Shown piece by piece: positions 36,411 through 46,460 of a stretch of DNA of 64,000 nt; within the stretch, counting starts at the first letter, position 1, and every line of letters begins with the position of its first letter. A program made the position numbers and the translations under genes. Below the pieces are notes generated by a model. It worked only from the letters and a program-made list of their open reading frames with translations, was not told where the DNA came from and searched no databases. Source of the stretch: Actinomycetes bacterium (lineage in GTDB: Bacteria; Actinomycetota; Actinomycetes; Propionibacteriales; Propionibacteriaceae); assembly GCA_021803025.1 (NCBI GenBank), contig JAJZQV010000003.1, positions 20,634-84,633 on the forward strand. The letters run 5' to 3'.

Positions 36411-37301
36411 TCAGTCCTTCAGACCCGAGTTCATGTTCGCGTTCATGATCTGGGGGCTGAACGCGATGAAGAGCGCGACCATCGGGATCAGCGAGATGAT
36501 CGACGCGCTCAGGAGGACGGACCAGTTGATGTTGTCGACGCCGACGATCGACCGGAGAGCCACCTGGAGCGTGTAGTTCTTCGGGTCGTTGAGCACGATG
36601 AGGGGCCAGATGTAGTCGTTCCAGCGCCAGTGGAAGCTGAAGATCGCCAGGGTCGCCGCGATGGGCCGGGCGAGCGGCAGCATGATCTGCCAGAAGATCT
36701 TGAACTCCCCCGCCCCGTCGATCCGGGCGGCTTCCGCGAGCTCGCTCGGCACGGTGGAGAAGTACTGGCGGAACATGAACACGCCCGTCGCCGTCATGAC
36801 GCTCGGCAGGATGATGCCGGCCAGGCTGTTGTACAGCCCGAGGTCGAGGATCACTCGGAAGGTCGACGGCATGATGACCTCGGTGGGCAGCATCGTCGTG
36901 ATGAGGATGCCGACGAAGAACCAGCGCAGCCACCAGTTGGTGTACCTGGCGAACGCGTAGCCCGTCGCGGCGCTCACGATCACCGTGAGGAACGTCGTGA
37001 CGACGGCGACGACTGAGGTGTTGAGCACGTACCGGGCGAAGCTGAACCGCTCCCACGCGGTCACGTACCCGCTGAACGTCCAGTGCTTCGGGAACAGGGT
37101 GAGCGGGTAGCTGAACAGCTCCGACCCCGGCTTGAACGAGCTGAGCAGGAACCACAGCGCCGGGAACATCCACGCGCACGCGAGGAGCCACACGATCGCG
37201 GTGACGATCGTCGTCGCGAGCGAGCGCGACGTCGTACGGCGCCGGCGGAGGCGCCTCTCGCCCGAGACGTCGCCCATCGTCCGAGCCTCCATCGTGGTCA
37301 T
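36411..37301 (-). CDS. Carbohydrate ABC transporter permease
   Basis: True start ATG 37301 (MTTMEARTMG) overlaps the upstream stop (ATGA). EAA loop LAEAARIDGAGEFKIFWQIMLPLARP. The 587-aa ORF-track entry is a read-through artefact. Confidence 0.88.
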   Translation of the reverse strand: MTTMEARTMGDVSGERRLRRRRTTSRSLATTIVTAIVWLLACAWMFPALWFLLSSFKPGSELFSYPLTLFPKHWTFSGYVTAWERFSFARYVLNTSVVAVVTTFLTVIVSAATGYAFARYTNWWLRWFFVGILITTMLPTEVIMPSTFRVILDLGLYNSLAGIILPSVMTATGVFMFRQYFSTVPSELAEAARIDGAGEFKIFWQIMLPLARPIAATLAIFSFHWRWNDYIWPLIVLNDPKNYTLQVALRSIVGVDNINWSVLLSASIISLIPMVALFIAFSPQIMNANMNSGLKD

Positions 37302-38209
37302 CCCAGCTCCGTTCGACGGTCGATCCTGACTTGGATGAGCGCGATGACGAGCAGCATCACCATGAGCACGAACGAGGCTGCCGACGCGTATCCGACTTTG
37401 TTGAGCTCGAAACCGGTGTGGTAGATGTACTGGACCATCAGGTAGTTCGTGTTGCCCGGGCCGCCGCCGTTGAGCGCCTGCACGAGGGCGAACTCCTTCA
37501 TCGCGCCGATCGAGCTCAGCAGGATCACCATGAACGAGGTGGGCCGCAGCAGAGGCAGCGAGATGCTCCAGAACTGCCGCCACGAGGATGCCCCGTCGAT
37601 CTGCGCCGCCTCGTAGTAGCTGCGCGGGATGTTCCGCAGCGCCGCCATGAACAGGAGCAGGTTGAACGCCAGCCCGCCCCACACGGCGGCGATGACGACG
37701 GTCGCCAGGGACAGGTTCGAGTCGGTCTGCCACGAGATCTGACCGATGCCCACCTTCGAGAGCACGAAGTTCACCACGCCGAAGCTCTCCCCGAACATCC
37801 AGCGCCAGATGACGCCGGCGACGATCGGCGAGATGAGCCAGGGGACGAAGAAGAGGATCTGCGCCGCCCGCGACCAGCGGCAGAAGGGTCCGACCAGGAG
37901 CACGGAGATGAACAGCGGTACGACGAAGCCGAGCGGCACGACGAGCACGGCGTACGTCAGCGTGCGGAGGACGGCCTGGTAGAAGTCGCTGTCGCTGAAC
38001 AGCTCGACGTAGTTCGCGAAGCCCACGAGCTTGGCCGTGCCGTACCCGCGGTAGTTCGTGAACGAGTAGTAGAGGCCGAGTACGGCCGGCCACACGAAGA
38101 AGACCGCGAACAGCACCATCGTGACGACCGTGAAGCCGAACGGCACGAGGTTGTTCCGCGCGCGCGTCTGCCACGAGATGCGTCGCACCGGGGCCTGGAC
38201 TGCTGTCAT
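37298..38209 (-). CDS. Carbohydrate ABC transporter permease
   Basis: GAAGGAG lies 5 nt before ATG 38209 (MTAVQAPV). YYEAAQIDGASSWRQFWSISLPLLRP. Confidence 0.88.
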   Translation of the reverse strand: MTAVQAPVRRISWQTRARNNLVPFGFTVVTMVLFAVFFVWPAVLGLYYSFTNYRGYGTAKLVGFANYVELFSDSDFYQAVLRTLTYAVLVVPLGFVVPLFISVLLVGPFCRWSRAAQILFFVPWLISPIVAGVIWRWMFGESFGVVNFVLSKVGIGQISWQTDSNLSLATVVIAAVWGGLAFNLLLFMAALRNIPRSYYEAAQIDGASSWRQFWSISLPLLRPTSFMVILLSSIGAMKEFALVQALNGGGPGNTNYLMVQYIYHTGFELNKVGYASAASFVLMVMLLVIALIQVRIDRRTELG

Positions 38210-38285
38210 GACCGCTCCTTCGAGGTCACCGACGTGAGGTGCGCGCCGGGGGACGCGGGGACCCCGGTCCCCCGGCGGCGGGGTC

Positions 38286-39554
38286 TCACTTGAACGCACT
38301 CGTGAGTGCCTTGCTGACGTTCGACACCGTCGTGTCGACGTCCTGCTGGCCGTTGAGGAACTTCACCGTCTCGTCGCGGGCAGGGTCACCCGAGACGGCC
38401 TTGCCGCTCAGCATGTTCTTGAAGTCGTTCTGCTTGACCTTGCCGACGATGTCGGGCGACGCCGCGATCTCCTGGTTGTACAGGGTCAGGGCGTCCTTGT
38501 TCGCGCTGTAGTTCGGGGTCACGCCGTCGACTGCCGGCAGCATGACGGAGTACTCGCACAGCTTCTGGTAGTTGGCCGGCGTGTACAGCCAGTTCAGGAA
38601 GTCGTGCGCCGGCTGCTCCTGGCCGGTCCCGTCGAAGATGACCATCTCCGCGGCCTCACCGAAGTTCGACGCACGTACCGGCTGCTTGGGCAGATACACC
38701 GACGCCCACTCGAAGCTCTTGATGTTCGCGGCGAAGTCGGCGATCTGCCACGAGCCGGAGTAGTACGCGGCGACCTGGCCGGACTTGAACAGCGCGTTCG
38801 GGTCGTCGTTCGACAGCCACACCGACTTCGGCATGAACTTGTCGTCGGTGATGCTCTTGAAGAAGTTGAGGGCCGTCTTCGTCGCGTCGTTCGTCGTGTA
38901 CGTGCCGCTGCCGTCAGGGAGCCACCACGTGCTGCCGAACTCGAACATGAGGGCCTTCTCGCGGTGGCTGGACCGGTCGAAGACGAGGCCGTACTTCGCC
39001 CCCGCGCTCGCCTGGACCTGCTTGGCGGCGGCGACGAACTCGTCCCACGTCCAGATGCTGCTCTCGGTGGTGGGGTACTTGACCCCCTCCTTGTCCCACA
39101 GGGTCTTGTTCACGAACATGCCGACTGCGGTGATGTCGGAGGGGAGGCTCAGCGCCTTGCCCGAGGACTCCTGGACGACGAAGCCGCTCTTGACCTTGTT
39201 GGCCGTGACGATGTCCTTGAGGTCGACGAGCCGGTCCTTCCAGACCGGGTCGATGCTTGGCATCCGCGCGAGGGCCGGGAGAGCGTTCGCCTGGGCCGCG
39301 TTCTTGATCTTGGTGGGGAGGTCGGCGTAGGCGACCTCGACGACCTCGACCTTCTTGCCGGTCTGCTGCTCGTACAGGGCGGCCATCTTCGCGTAGCCGC
39401 CTCCCTGGTTCGCGTCGCCTGACTGGTAGAACTGGATGGGGCCGCTGGCAGCCGAGCTGCCCGAGGCGGCCTTGCCACCGCTGGAGCAGGCGGCGAGTCC
39501 CAGGGCACCGACGCCCACCGCGCCTGACAACAGTGTTCGGCGAGTTACGTTCAT
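38286..39554 (-). CDS. Sugar ABC transporter substrate-binding lipoprotein
   Basis: MNVTRRTLLSGAVGVGALGLAACSSGG is a Tat-like leader plus lipobox. 422 aa. Confidence 0.9.
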   Translation of the reverse strand: MNVTRRTLLSGAVGVGALGLAACSSGGKAASGSSAASGPIQFYQSGDANQGGGYAKMAALYEQQTGKKVEVVEVAYADLPTKIKNAAQANALPALARMPSIDPVWKDRLVDLKDIVTANKVKSGFVVQESSGKALSLPSDITAVGMFVNKTLWDKEGVKYPTTESSIWTWDEFVAAAKQVQASAGAKYGLVFDRSSHREKALMFEFGSTWWLPDGSGTYTTNDATKTALNFFKSITDDKFMPKSVWLSNDDPNALFKSGQVAAYYSGSWQIADFAANIKSFEWASVYLPKQPVRASNFGEAAEMVIFDGTGQEQPAHDFLNWLYTPANYQKLCEYSVMLPAVDGVTPNYSANKDALTLYNQEIAASPDIVGKVKQNDFKNMLSGKAVSGDPARDETVKFLNGQQDVDTTVSNVSKALTSAFK

Positions 39555-39771
39555 GGATGACTCCTTCGTCTGTGACGGCCAACTTTGTCCTGACAGATGA
39601 CGTCAACGGCCTGGCCGCATCCCGACGTCCTCCGCACCTCTCATGAGCCCCTTACCCACAGCGGCGTCGATGACGTCGAGAACGAGACGGGCTCGGAGTG
39701 GAGGTCGGGCGTCCTCTCCCAGCACGTTCTCGCCTCGACCACGACCTCTGCGGGGTGGCAAACGGGAAGCG

Positions 39772-39809
39772 CTCTCCGGAGAGTATGTCGGGTAGCAATC
39801 ACCGGTCAA
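39772..39809 (-). promoter_or_regulatory. Candidate promoter with overlapping 12-bp palindrome
   Basis: Minus strand reads TTGACC-N18-TACTCT. The perfect palindrome CTCTCCGGAGAG (39772-39783) overlaps the -10 region. It lies about 220 nt upstream of the SBP start. Confidence 0.3.
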
Positions 39810-39912
39810 CCGGGCATACGAGCGAAATTATGACCTGACATGACCGTGCATTGGCAGATGACAAGGCTGTCCACAGCCGGGCCTGGACCCGTCACAGAGG
39901 TCACCTGGGACG

Positions 39913-40416
39913 TCACTCCAGCGGCAGGGACGGGGTGATCCGCGCGTACTCGACGAAGTCGAAGCCTTCGCGCGGCGTGCGGGAGGTCTCGCGCCAGACC
40001 GCCGGGTCGATCTCCGGGAAGAGCACGTCGCCCATCGGGTCGTCGTGCACCTCGGTCACGTCGAGGTCGGTGAGGTAGTCCCAGAAGAGCCGGTAGATCT
40101 CGCCTCCGCCGGCGACCCACCACCGGCGGTCGGGGTAGCCGTGGAGCGCCTCGAGAGCCTCCTCGACCGAGTGCACGATGTGGACGCGGTCGTCGGCGTA
40201 CGAGCGGTCGCGGGTGACCAGGAGGGTGACCCGGCCCGGGAGGGGGAAGCCGATGCTCTCATGGGTGCGCCGACCTGTGATGAGGACACCGCCCATGGTC
40301 ACCCTCTTGAACCTCGCCGAGTCCTCGGGCAGGTTCCAGGCCATGCCGTTGTCGCGACCGATGACGCGGTTGGTCGCAAAGGCCGCGATCGCGGTGAGCG
40401 TGCGCGATTCCCCCAT
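39913..40416 (-). CDS. folA: Dihydrofolate reductase
   Basis: IAAFATNRVIGRDNGMAWNLPEDSARFKRVTMGGVLITGRRTHESIG. 167 aa. Confidence 0.9.
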   Translation of the reverse strand: MGESRTLTAIAAFATNRVIGRDNGMAWNLPEDSARFKRVTMGGVLITGRRTHESIGFPLPGRVTLLVTRDRSYADDRVHIVHSVEEALEALHGYPDRRWWVAGGGEIYRLFWDYLTDLDVTEVHDDPMGDVLFPEIDPAVWRETSRTPREGFDFVEYARITPSLPLE

Positions 40417-40427
40417 GTCGCTCCTTG

Positions 40428-41222
40428 TCAGACCGCGATCGGGGCCTTGATCCCCGGGAGGGGGTCGTAGCCGTCCACGCGGATGTCATCGAGGGTGAAC
40501 GCGTCGATGGCGGTCACCTCCGGGTTCAGCCACAGCGTGGGCAGTGGCCGAGGGGTGCGGGTGAGCTGCTTCTCCGCCTGGTCGATGTGGTTGAGGTACA
40601 GGTGGGTGTCCCCGAGCACGTGCACGAAGTCGCCGACGTCCAGGCCCGTCACGTGGGCCACGAGGTGCGTCAGCAGGGCGTACGAGGCGATGTTGAACGG
40701 GACGCCGAGGAAGATGTCGGCCGACCGCTGGTACAGCTGGCAGCTCAGGCGTCCGTCGGCCACGTAGAACTGGAAGAACGCGTGGCACGGCGGCAGCGCC
40801 ATCTTGTCCAGCTCCCCCACGTTCCAGGCGCTGACGATGTGGCGCCGCGACGAGGGGTTGGACCGGATCTGGTCGATGACCTGGGCGATCTGGTCGACGT
40901 GACGACCGTCCGGGGTTGGCCAGGAACGCCATTGGGCGCCGTAGACCGGGCCGAGGTCGCCGTTCGCGTCGGCCCACTCGTCCCAGATCGTGATGCCGTT
41001 CTCGTGGAGCCAGGCGACGTTGGTGTCACCGCGCAGGAACCACAGCAGCTCGCCGAACACGCTCCGTACATGGATGCGCTTCGTCGTGAGCATGGGGAAG
41101 CCCTCGCGAAGGTCGAAGCGCATCTGGTGGCCGAACACCGAGAGCGTGCCGGTGCCTGTGCGGTCGTCGCGCTGCACGCCTTCAGTGAGGACCCGGTCCA
41201 GGAGGTCCAGGTACGCCTTCAC
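40428..41222 (-). CDS. thyA: Thymidylate synthase (ThyA type)
   Basis: GTG 41222 ([12 protein letters not shown]) with GGAGA upstream, overlapping the rdgB stop. Motifs [29 protein letters not shown]. Confidence 0.92.
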   Translation of the reverse strand: MKAYLDLLDRVLTEGVQRDDRTGTGTLSVFGHQMRFDLREGFPMLTTKRIHVRSVFGELLWFLRGDTNVAWLHENGITIWDEWADANGDLGPVYGAQWRSWPTPDGRHVDQIAQVIDQIRSNPSSRRHIVSAWNVGELDKMALPPCHAFFQFYVADGRLSCQLYQRSADIFLGVPFNIASYALLTHLVAHVTGLDVGDFVHVLGDTHLYLNHIDQAEKQLTRTPRPLPTLWLNPEVTAIDAFTLDDIRVDGYDPLPGIKAPIAV

Positions 41223-41824
41223 GACTGGTTCTCCAACCTCGCGAGCACGGGCAGCATCGCGCGCACGGCCTGGCCCCGGTGGCTCACAGCGTCCTTCTCG
41301 TCCGGCGCCAGCTCGGCGTTGGTCACGTCGTGGCCGTCGGTGACGAAGATCGGGTCGTAGCCGAAGCCGTTCGTGCCGCGGGGAGCGTCGACGAGGACGC
41401 CTTCCATCGTGCGGCGCAGGACCTCCTCGGTCCCGTCGGGACGGACGAGCGCCATGGCGCACACGAAGCGCCCGCGGCGCCGGGCGGGCTCCACGTCACT
41501 GATCTGGCGCAGCAGCAGCTCGAGGTTGTCGGTGTCGGAGGCGCCCGGACCCGCCCAGCGCGCCGACCGCACGCCCGGCATCCTGTTCAGCACGTCGACC
41601 TCGATGCCCGAGTCGTCGGCGAGCGTCGGCAGGCCGGTGACGGCAGCGCCTGCCCGGGCCTTGATGAGGGCGTTGGCCTCGAACGTGTCGCCGCTCTCGA
41701 CCGGCTCCTCGTACGGTGTCACGTCGCCGAGGCCCACGACCTCGAGGGACAGGCCCGCCTGCTCCACGAGGCGCCTCAGCTCGACGATCTTCTTCTCGTT
41801 GCCCGATGCGATGAGCAGCCTCAT
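41219..41824 (-). CDS. rdgB: dITP/XTP pyrophosphatase (RdgB/HAM1 family)
   Basis: [41 protein letters not shown]. Confidence 0.9.
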   Translation of the reverse strand: MRLLIASGNEKKIVELRRLVEQAGLSLEVVGLGDVTPYEEPVESGDTFEANALIKARAGAAVTGLPTLADDSGIEVDVLNRMPGVRSARWAGPGASDTDNLELLLRQISDVEPARRRGRFVCAMALVRPDGTEEVLRRTMEGVLVDAPRGTNGFGYDPIFVTDGHDVTNAELAPDEKDAVSHRGQAVRAMLPVLARLENQS

Positions 41825-42540
41825 CGCCGCAATGCCTCCTGCTGCAGCTTCGTGAGCTCGGCGCAGCCGGCGAGGCCCAGGTCGAGGAGACTGTCCAGCT
41901 GCTCCCGGCTGAACGGCTCGGCCTCGGCAGTGCCCTGCACCTCGATGATGCGACCGTCGCCCGTCGCCACGACGTTGAGGTCTACGTCCGCAGCGGAGTC
42001 CTCCACATAGGCGAGGTCGAGCATCTCCGCTCCCCCGACGATCCCGACACTCACGGCGGCTACCGATCCCCGCAGCGGCTCCTTGACGAGCAGGTTGCGG
42101 TCGCGCAGCCAGCTCACGGCGTCGGCGAGCGCGACGTACGCACCGGTGATCGACGCCGTACGGGTCCCCCCGTCGGCCTGCAGCACGTCGCAGTCGAGCT
42201 GGATGGTGTTCTCCCCGAGCGCCGTGTAGTCGATGATGCCGCGCAGGGAACGGCCGACGAGCCGCGAGATCTCGTGCGTGCGGCCGCCGATCCGGCCCTT
42301 GACCGACTCGCGGTCTGACCGTGTGTGGGTGGCGCGCGGCAGCATGGCGTACTCCGCAGTCACCCAGCCGAGCCCGCTGCCCTTACGCCAGCGCGGGACG
42401 CCCTCGGACACGCTGGCCGCGACGAGGACCCGTGTCCTGCCGTACTCGACGAGGACCGACCCCTCCGCGTGGTCGAGCCAGTTGCGCGTGATCCGTACGT
42501 CCCGGAGCTGGTCGGCCTCACGGCCGTCTGTTCTCGCCAT
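41821..42540 (-). CDS. rph: Ribonuclease PH
   Basis: Start [34 protein letters not shown] at 42540. [21 protein letters not shown] overlap with rdgB. Confidence 0.92.
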   Translation of the reverse strand: MARTDGREADQLRDVRITRNWLDHAEGSVLVEYGRTRVLVAASVSEGVPRWRKGSGLGWVTAEYAMLPRATHTRSDRESVKGRIGGRTHEISRLVGRSLRGIIDYTALGENTIQLDCDVLQADGGTRTASITGAYVALADAVSWLRDRNLLVKEPLRGSVAAVSVGIVGGAEMLDLAYVEDSAADVDLNVVATGDGRIIEVQGTAEAEPFSREQLDSLLDLGLAGCAELTKLQQEALRR

Positions 42541-42550
42541 GGCCCCGACC

Positions 42551-43396
42551 TTATCGGGGCGTGCCGACAAGTCCGAGATCGTCCGACGCCAGCTCCGGGA
42601 GCGGCTCCACGTCGGCGACGAAGTCGCCCATGAGGCGCCGGCCGATGCCCGCGAACCGCTCCGGGTTGCCCGTGGTGAGGAAGCGTCGGTACCCCTCGCG
42701 CGGTACGGGCTGCAGCAGGTCGCGGCGCGTGAGCGTCGAGAACGTCGACTTCCCGCACTCCTCCGCGCTGGAGACCAGCGTGACGCCGTCTCCGAGCACA
42801 TACGAGATGACGCCCGTCAGCAGCGGGTAGTGGGTGCAGCCGAGGATCAGCGTGTCGACGTCGGCCTCCTGGATGGGCGCGAGGTACTCCTCCGCGACGG
42901 CCAGGAGCTCGGAGCCGCCGGTCACCCCGGCCTCGACGAAGTCGACGAACCTCGGGCACGCCGAGGTGGTCAGCCGGATCTGGGGCGCCGCGGCGAACGC
43001 GTCGTCGTACGAGCGCGACGTCGCGGTCGCCTCCGTGCAGATCACGCCGACGCGTCCGGTCTTCGTGGCCGCGACGGCGCGCCGGGCGGCCGGCAGGATC
43101 ACCTCGGTGACGGGGATCGAGTAGCGCTCCCGGGCGTCACGCAGCACGGCCGCGGACGCGCTGTTGCACGCGATGACCAGGGACTTCACCCCGAGGTCGA
43201 CGAGGTGGTCGAGGCACTGGAGCGCGTAGGCGCGAACCTCCGCGATCCGCTTCGGCCCGTACGGCGCGCGGGCCGTGTCGCCCAGGTAGATGATGTCCTC
43301 CCCCGGCAGCTGGTCGAAGATCGACCGCGCCACGGTGAGCCCGCCGAACCCCGAGTCGAAGATCCCGATAGGTGCGTCCCGGTCGGCTGAAGTCAC
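42551..43396 (-). CDS. murI: Glutamate racemase
   Basis: [30 protein letters not shown]. The start is uncertain (GTG 43396 chosen; the ORF extends to 43468). Confidence 0.88.
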   Translation of the reverse strand: MTSADRDAPIGIFDSGFGGLTVARSIFDQLPGEDIIYLGDTARAPYGPKRIAEVRAYALQCLDHLVDLGVKSLVIACNSASAAVLRDARERYSIPVTEVILPAARRAVAATKTGRVGVICTEATATSRSYDDAFAAAPQIRLTTSACPRFVDFVEAGVTGGSELLAVAEEYLAPIQEADVDTLILGCTHYPLLTGVISYVLGDGVTLVSSAEECGKSTFSTLTRRDLLQPVPREGYRRFLTTGNPERFAGIGRRLMGDFVADVEPLPELASDDLGLVGTPR

Positions 43397-43473
43397 CCGC
43401 CCATCGTACGAGTCCTCGGAGGAAGGCTGTACGGACCGTCCGCACGGGCTCACGCCGCTCGGCTCCATGCGCC

Positions 43474-43555
43474 GATCCGCTTTTCCGTACCGCAGATCGG
43501 GCGGTCCGAGCCTGCAACGCAGGGTGGCCCCCGCTGCGGTACGAAAAGGCGGATC
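43474..43555. repeat. Long imperfect inverted repeat / hairpin
   Basis: GATCCGCTTTTCCGTACCGCAG ... CTGCGGTACGAAAAGGCGGATC are 22-nt arms with small offsets. The 38-nt interior contains CCTGC-aac-GCAGG. Confidence 0.6.
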
Positions 43556-43576
43556 CGAGCGCCCCCTCGAGCGACC

Positions 43577-44131
43577 TCAGCCGGTGATGGCGTCGAGGAG
43601 CAGCGCCTGGACGTAGCCGACCCAGTGGTACACGTCGGCCACAGGCGTCCGCTCGTCCTCCGGGTCGAGACCGTCGACGAGCTCGGCGTCCTCCTCGTCC
43701 TCGATGCCCAGGCGAGCAGCCAGCACGAGGCGGATCGCATTGAGGGTCCGCAGCCAGGCGTGCTGCTCCGACAACGGGATGGCGACCTCGGGCTCGGACT
43801 CACCGCGCGCCGGCTCCAGCGCTGTGAGCACGACCTCGGCATCCGCCGCCTTCTGCAACCGCAGCTCGGCCTCCATGAGCCGCCTGAACTCCGCGGCCTC
43901 GTCGGCGTCGCTCGACGCGTCGGGGAACAGCCTTCCGACTGCCGGGTCCTCCCGGTCCAGGGGCTTCGCCTCCCGCTCGTTGACCCACCGCTCGAGCGGG
44001 TCCTCCGACCAGGCGGGAGCGTCCACCAGCTCCACGAGCTGGGTCACCATCGACTCGAGCAGCCCGACCTCGAACGGCAGGCAGCACCACGTGATCCCGC
44101 CCTCGCTGTCCCGGACGAACTCGCTCCTCAC
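43577..44131 (-). CDS. DUF2017-like protein (conserved ClpS neighbour)
   Basis: GTG 44131 overlaps the clpS stop (GTGA). An acidic 184-aa protein in the conserved actinobacterial position after clpS. Family name is from memory. Confidence 0.7.
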   Translation of the reverse strand: MRSEFVRDSEGGITWCCLPFEVGLLESMVTQLVELVDAPAWSEDPLERWVNEREAKPLDREDPAVGRLFPDASSDADEAAEFRRLMEAELRLQKAADAEVVLTALEPARGESEPEVAIPLSEQHAWLRTLNAIRLVLAARLGIEDEEDAELVDGLDPEDERTPVADVYHWVGYVQALLLDAITG

Positions 44132-44433
44132 GCGGCGGGCTCCAGCGTCGCCCACAGCCCGTACGCCTGCATGGCCGTCACGTCGCGCTCCATCTCGTCC
44201 TTCGTGCCCATGGCGACGGCCGAGCGACCTTCGTTGTGGACCTCCAGCATGAGCCGCGTGGCCTTCTCCTTCGTGAAGCCGAAGTAGGTCTGGAACACGT
44301 ACGTGACGTACTGCATCGTGTTGACCGGGTCGTTCCAGACGATGCAGACCCAGGGCTCCTGCCCGAGGCGCTGGTCCTCCACTCTTTCCTGGATGGCGGT
44401 GCCACCTCCAGGTTGCTCGGTCATGTCACGCAT
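44128..44433 (-). CDS. clpS: ATP-dependent Clp protease adaptor ClpS
   Basis: VCIVWNDPVNTMQYVTYVFQTYFGFTKEKATRLMLEVHNEGRSAV. Confidence 0.92.
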   Translation of the reverse strand: MRDMTEQPGGGTAIQERVEDQRLGQEPWVCIVWNDPVNTMQYVTYVFQTYFGFTKEKATRLMLEVHNEGRSAVAMGTKDEMERDVTAMQAYGLWATLEPAA

Positions 44434-44474
44434 TCTGTCAGGGCCTTCCCAGGTCGAGCACTAGCCTGAGGCCC

Positions 44475-45818
44475 ATGACGTCGCCCAGCACCGCGCTGCT
44501 GACCGATCACTACGAGCTCACGATGGTCCGCGCTGCGCTCGCATCCGGCACCGCGTTCCGGCGCAGCGTGTTCGAGCTGTTCACGCGCCGGCTGCCTGCC
44601 GGACGCCGCTACGGCGTGGTCGCCGGGGTGGGTCGCGCCCTCGACGCGCTCGAGCACTTCCGCTTCGGCGACGAGGAGGTCTCGTTCCTCCTCTCGCACA
44701 AGGTCGTCGACGACGTGACAGCCCAGTGGCTCAGCACGTACCGATTCACGGGCGACATCGTCGGCTACGGCGAGGGCGACCTGTACTTCGCGGGCGCCCC
44801 GCTGGTGATCGTCGAAGGCACGTTCGCAGAGGCGGTCATCCTCGAGACCCTGCTGCTCAGCGTGTACAACTACGACTCGGCCGTCGCCTCCGCGGCGAGC
44901 CGCATGAGGCTCATGGCCGACGGCCGCCCCTGCATCGAGATGGGCTCTCGACGCGCCAACGAGTACGCCGCGGTCGCCGCGGCCCGCGCGGCGTACATCG
45001 CCGGCTTCTCGGCGACGAGCAACCTCGAGGCGGGCCGTACGTACGGGGTCCCGACGACCGGTACGGCCGCACACTCGTTCACGCTGCTCCACGACACGGA
45101 GGAGCAGGCCTTCGTCGCCCAGGTCGCGGCGCTCGGCCAGGAGACCACGCTGCTCGTCGACACGTACAACATCGAGGAGGCTGTACGGACCGGCGTGCGC
45201 ATCACGGACGGACGTCTGGGCGCCGTACGGATCGACTCCGGCGACCTCGTCGCGGCGGCCAAGGAGGTACGTGCGCTCCTCGACGAGCTCGGCGCCACCC
45301 ACACGAGAATCATCGTGACCAGCGACCTTGACGAGTGGCAGATCGCGGCCCTGTCCGGGGCTCCCGTCAACGCGTACGGCGTCGGCACCTCCGTCGTCAC
45401 CGGCTCGGGCCACCCGACCTGCTCGTTCGTCTACAAGCTCGTCGCGCGCGCCACGTCGGACGTGCCCGACGCGCCCGTCGTCCCGGTCGCGAAGAAGTCG
45501 TTCCACAAGGCGACCGTGGGGGGCCGCAAGTACGCGCTGCGCCGCCGCGACGCCAAGGGGATCGCCGAGGCCGAGCTCATCGGCATCGGTGCGGACCCCG
45601 AGGGCGACGGGGACGACCGGCCACTCCTGCGCCAGCTCGTCCGCAAGGGGGAGGCCGTCGGCCGCGAGTCCCTGGCCGCCGCCCGCGAGCGCCACGAGGC
45701 GGCCGTGCATGAGCTTCCCCGCGACGCCTTCAAGATGTCGCGGGGCGAGCCCGCCATCCCCACGTACTTCCTCGACGAGGCGGGCCACATGACGATCAAC
45801 CCGTACGAGAGGAGCTGA
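44475..45818 (+). CDS. pncB: Nicotinate phosphoribosyltransferase
   Basis: ALLTDHYELTMVRAAL.., GTAAHSF, RIDSGDL. 447 aa. Confidence 0.9.
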   Translation: MTSPSTALLTDHYELTMVRAALASGTAFRRSVFELFTRRLPAGRRYGVVAGVGRALDALEHFRFGDEEVSFLLSHKVVDDVTAQWLSTYRFTGDIVGYGEGDLYFAGAPLVIVEGTFAEAVILETLLLSVYNYDSAVASAASRMRLMADGRPCIEMGSRRANEYAAVAAARAAYIAGFSATSNLEAGRTYGVPTTGTAAHSFTLLHDTEEQAFVAQVAALGQETTLLVDTYNIEEAVRTGVRITDGRLGAVRIDSGDLVAAAKEVRALLDELGATHTRIIVTSDLDEWQIAALSGAPVNAYGVGTSVVTGSGHPTCSFVYKLVARATSDVPDAPVVPVAKKSFHKATVGGRKYALRRRDAKGIAEAELIGIGADPEGDGDDRPLLRQLVRKGEAVGRESLAAARERHEAAVHELPRDAFKMSRGEPAIPTYFLDEAGHMTINPYERS

Positions 45819-45819
45819 C

Positions 45820-46419
45820 ATGACCTACTCCGACTTCGGCACGCCCGTAGGCAAGCGGGCGCTCATCGTCGTCGACGTCCAGAACGACTTCTGCGAGGAC
45901 GGCTCGCTCGCCGTCGCCGGGGGCGCCAAGGTCGCGGGCGACATCTCGGCGTACCTCGCCGGAGGCCCCGGGTACGACCTCGTGGTCGCCACCCGCGACG
46001 CGCATGTGGACCCGGGCGCCCACTTCTCCGACACACCCGACTTCGTCGACTCGTGGCCGCCGCACTGCGTGGTCGGCACGCCCGGCCAGGAGCTGCACCC
46101 GAACCTCACGTTCCGCGACTTCGACGGCGTGTTCGACAAGGGTGGCTTCGAGGCCGCGTACTCCGGCTTCGAGGGCTCGAACGCCGAGGGGCGCGGGCTC
46201 GACGAGTTCCTCGCGGAGTCGGGGGTCACCGACGTCGACGTGTGCGGGATCGCCACCGACTACTGCGTCAAGGCGACGGCCCTGGACGCCGCGATGCTCG
46301 GGTACGTGACGACCGTTCTGACCGACCTCACCGCCGCGGTGGCGCCGGACGGGCTCGACGCGACCTACCAAGTGCTCGCCGACTCAGGCGTCGCACTCGG
46401 AACCGCCCGCGACGCCTGA
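45820..46419 (+). CDS. pncA: Nicotinamidase / pyrazinamidase (isochorismatase family)
   Basis: KRALIVVDVQNDFCEDGSLAV, WPPHCV, and DVCGIATDYCVKATALDA with the catalytic Cys. It starts 1 nt after pncB. Confidence 0.88.
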   Translation: MTYSDFGTPVGKRALIVVDVQNDFCEDGSLAVAGGAKVAGDISAYLAGGPGYDLVVATRDAHVDPGAHFSDTPDFVDSWPPHCVVGTPGQELHPNLTFRDFDGVFDKGGFEAAYSGFEGSNAEGRGLDEFLAESGVTDVDVCGIATDYCVKATALDAAMLGYVTTVLTDLTAAVAPDGLDATYQVLADSGVALGTARDA

Positions 46420-46460
46420 CACCTCGCGTTCGGCTCCCTGGTACCTAGTCGGGCCCGAGA

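Noticed and set aside
36411-38174. 587-aa ORF suggesting a very large permease
   Set aside because: The N-terminal 291 aa are an out-of-frame read of the upstream permease gene. The genuine start is ATG 37301, which overlaps the upstream stop.
44434-44474. Second NrtR site upstream of pncB (GAGCACTAGCCTGAGG resembles one arm of the nadA palindrome)
   Set aside because: It has only partial one-arm similarity, no inverted partner and gaps in the alignment. It is indistinguishable from chance without a motif model.
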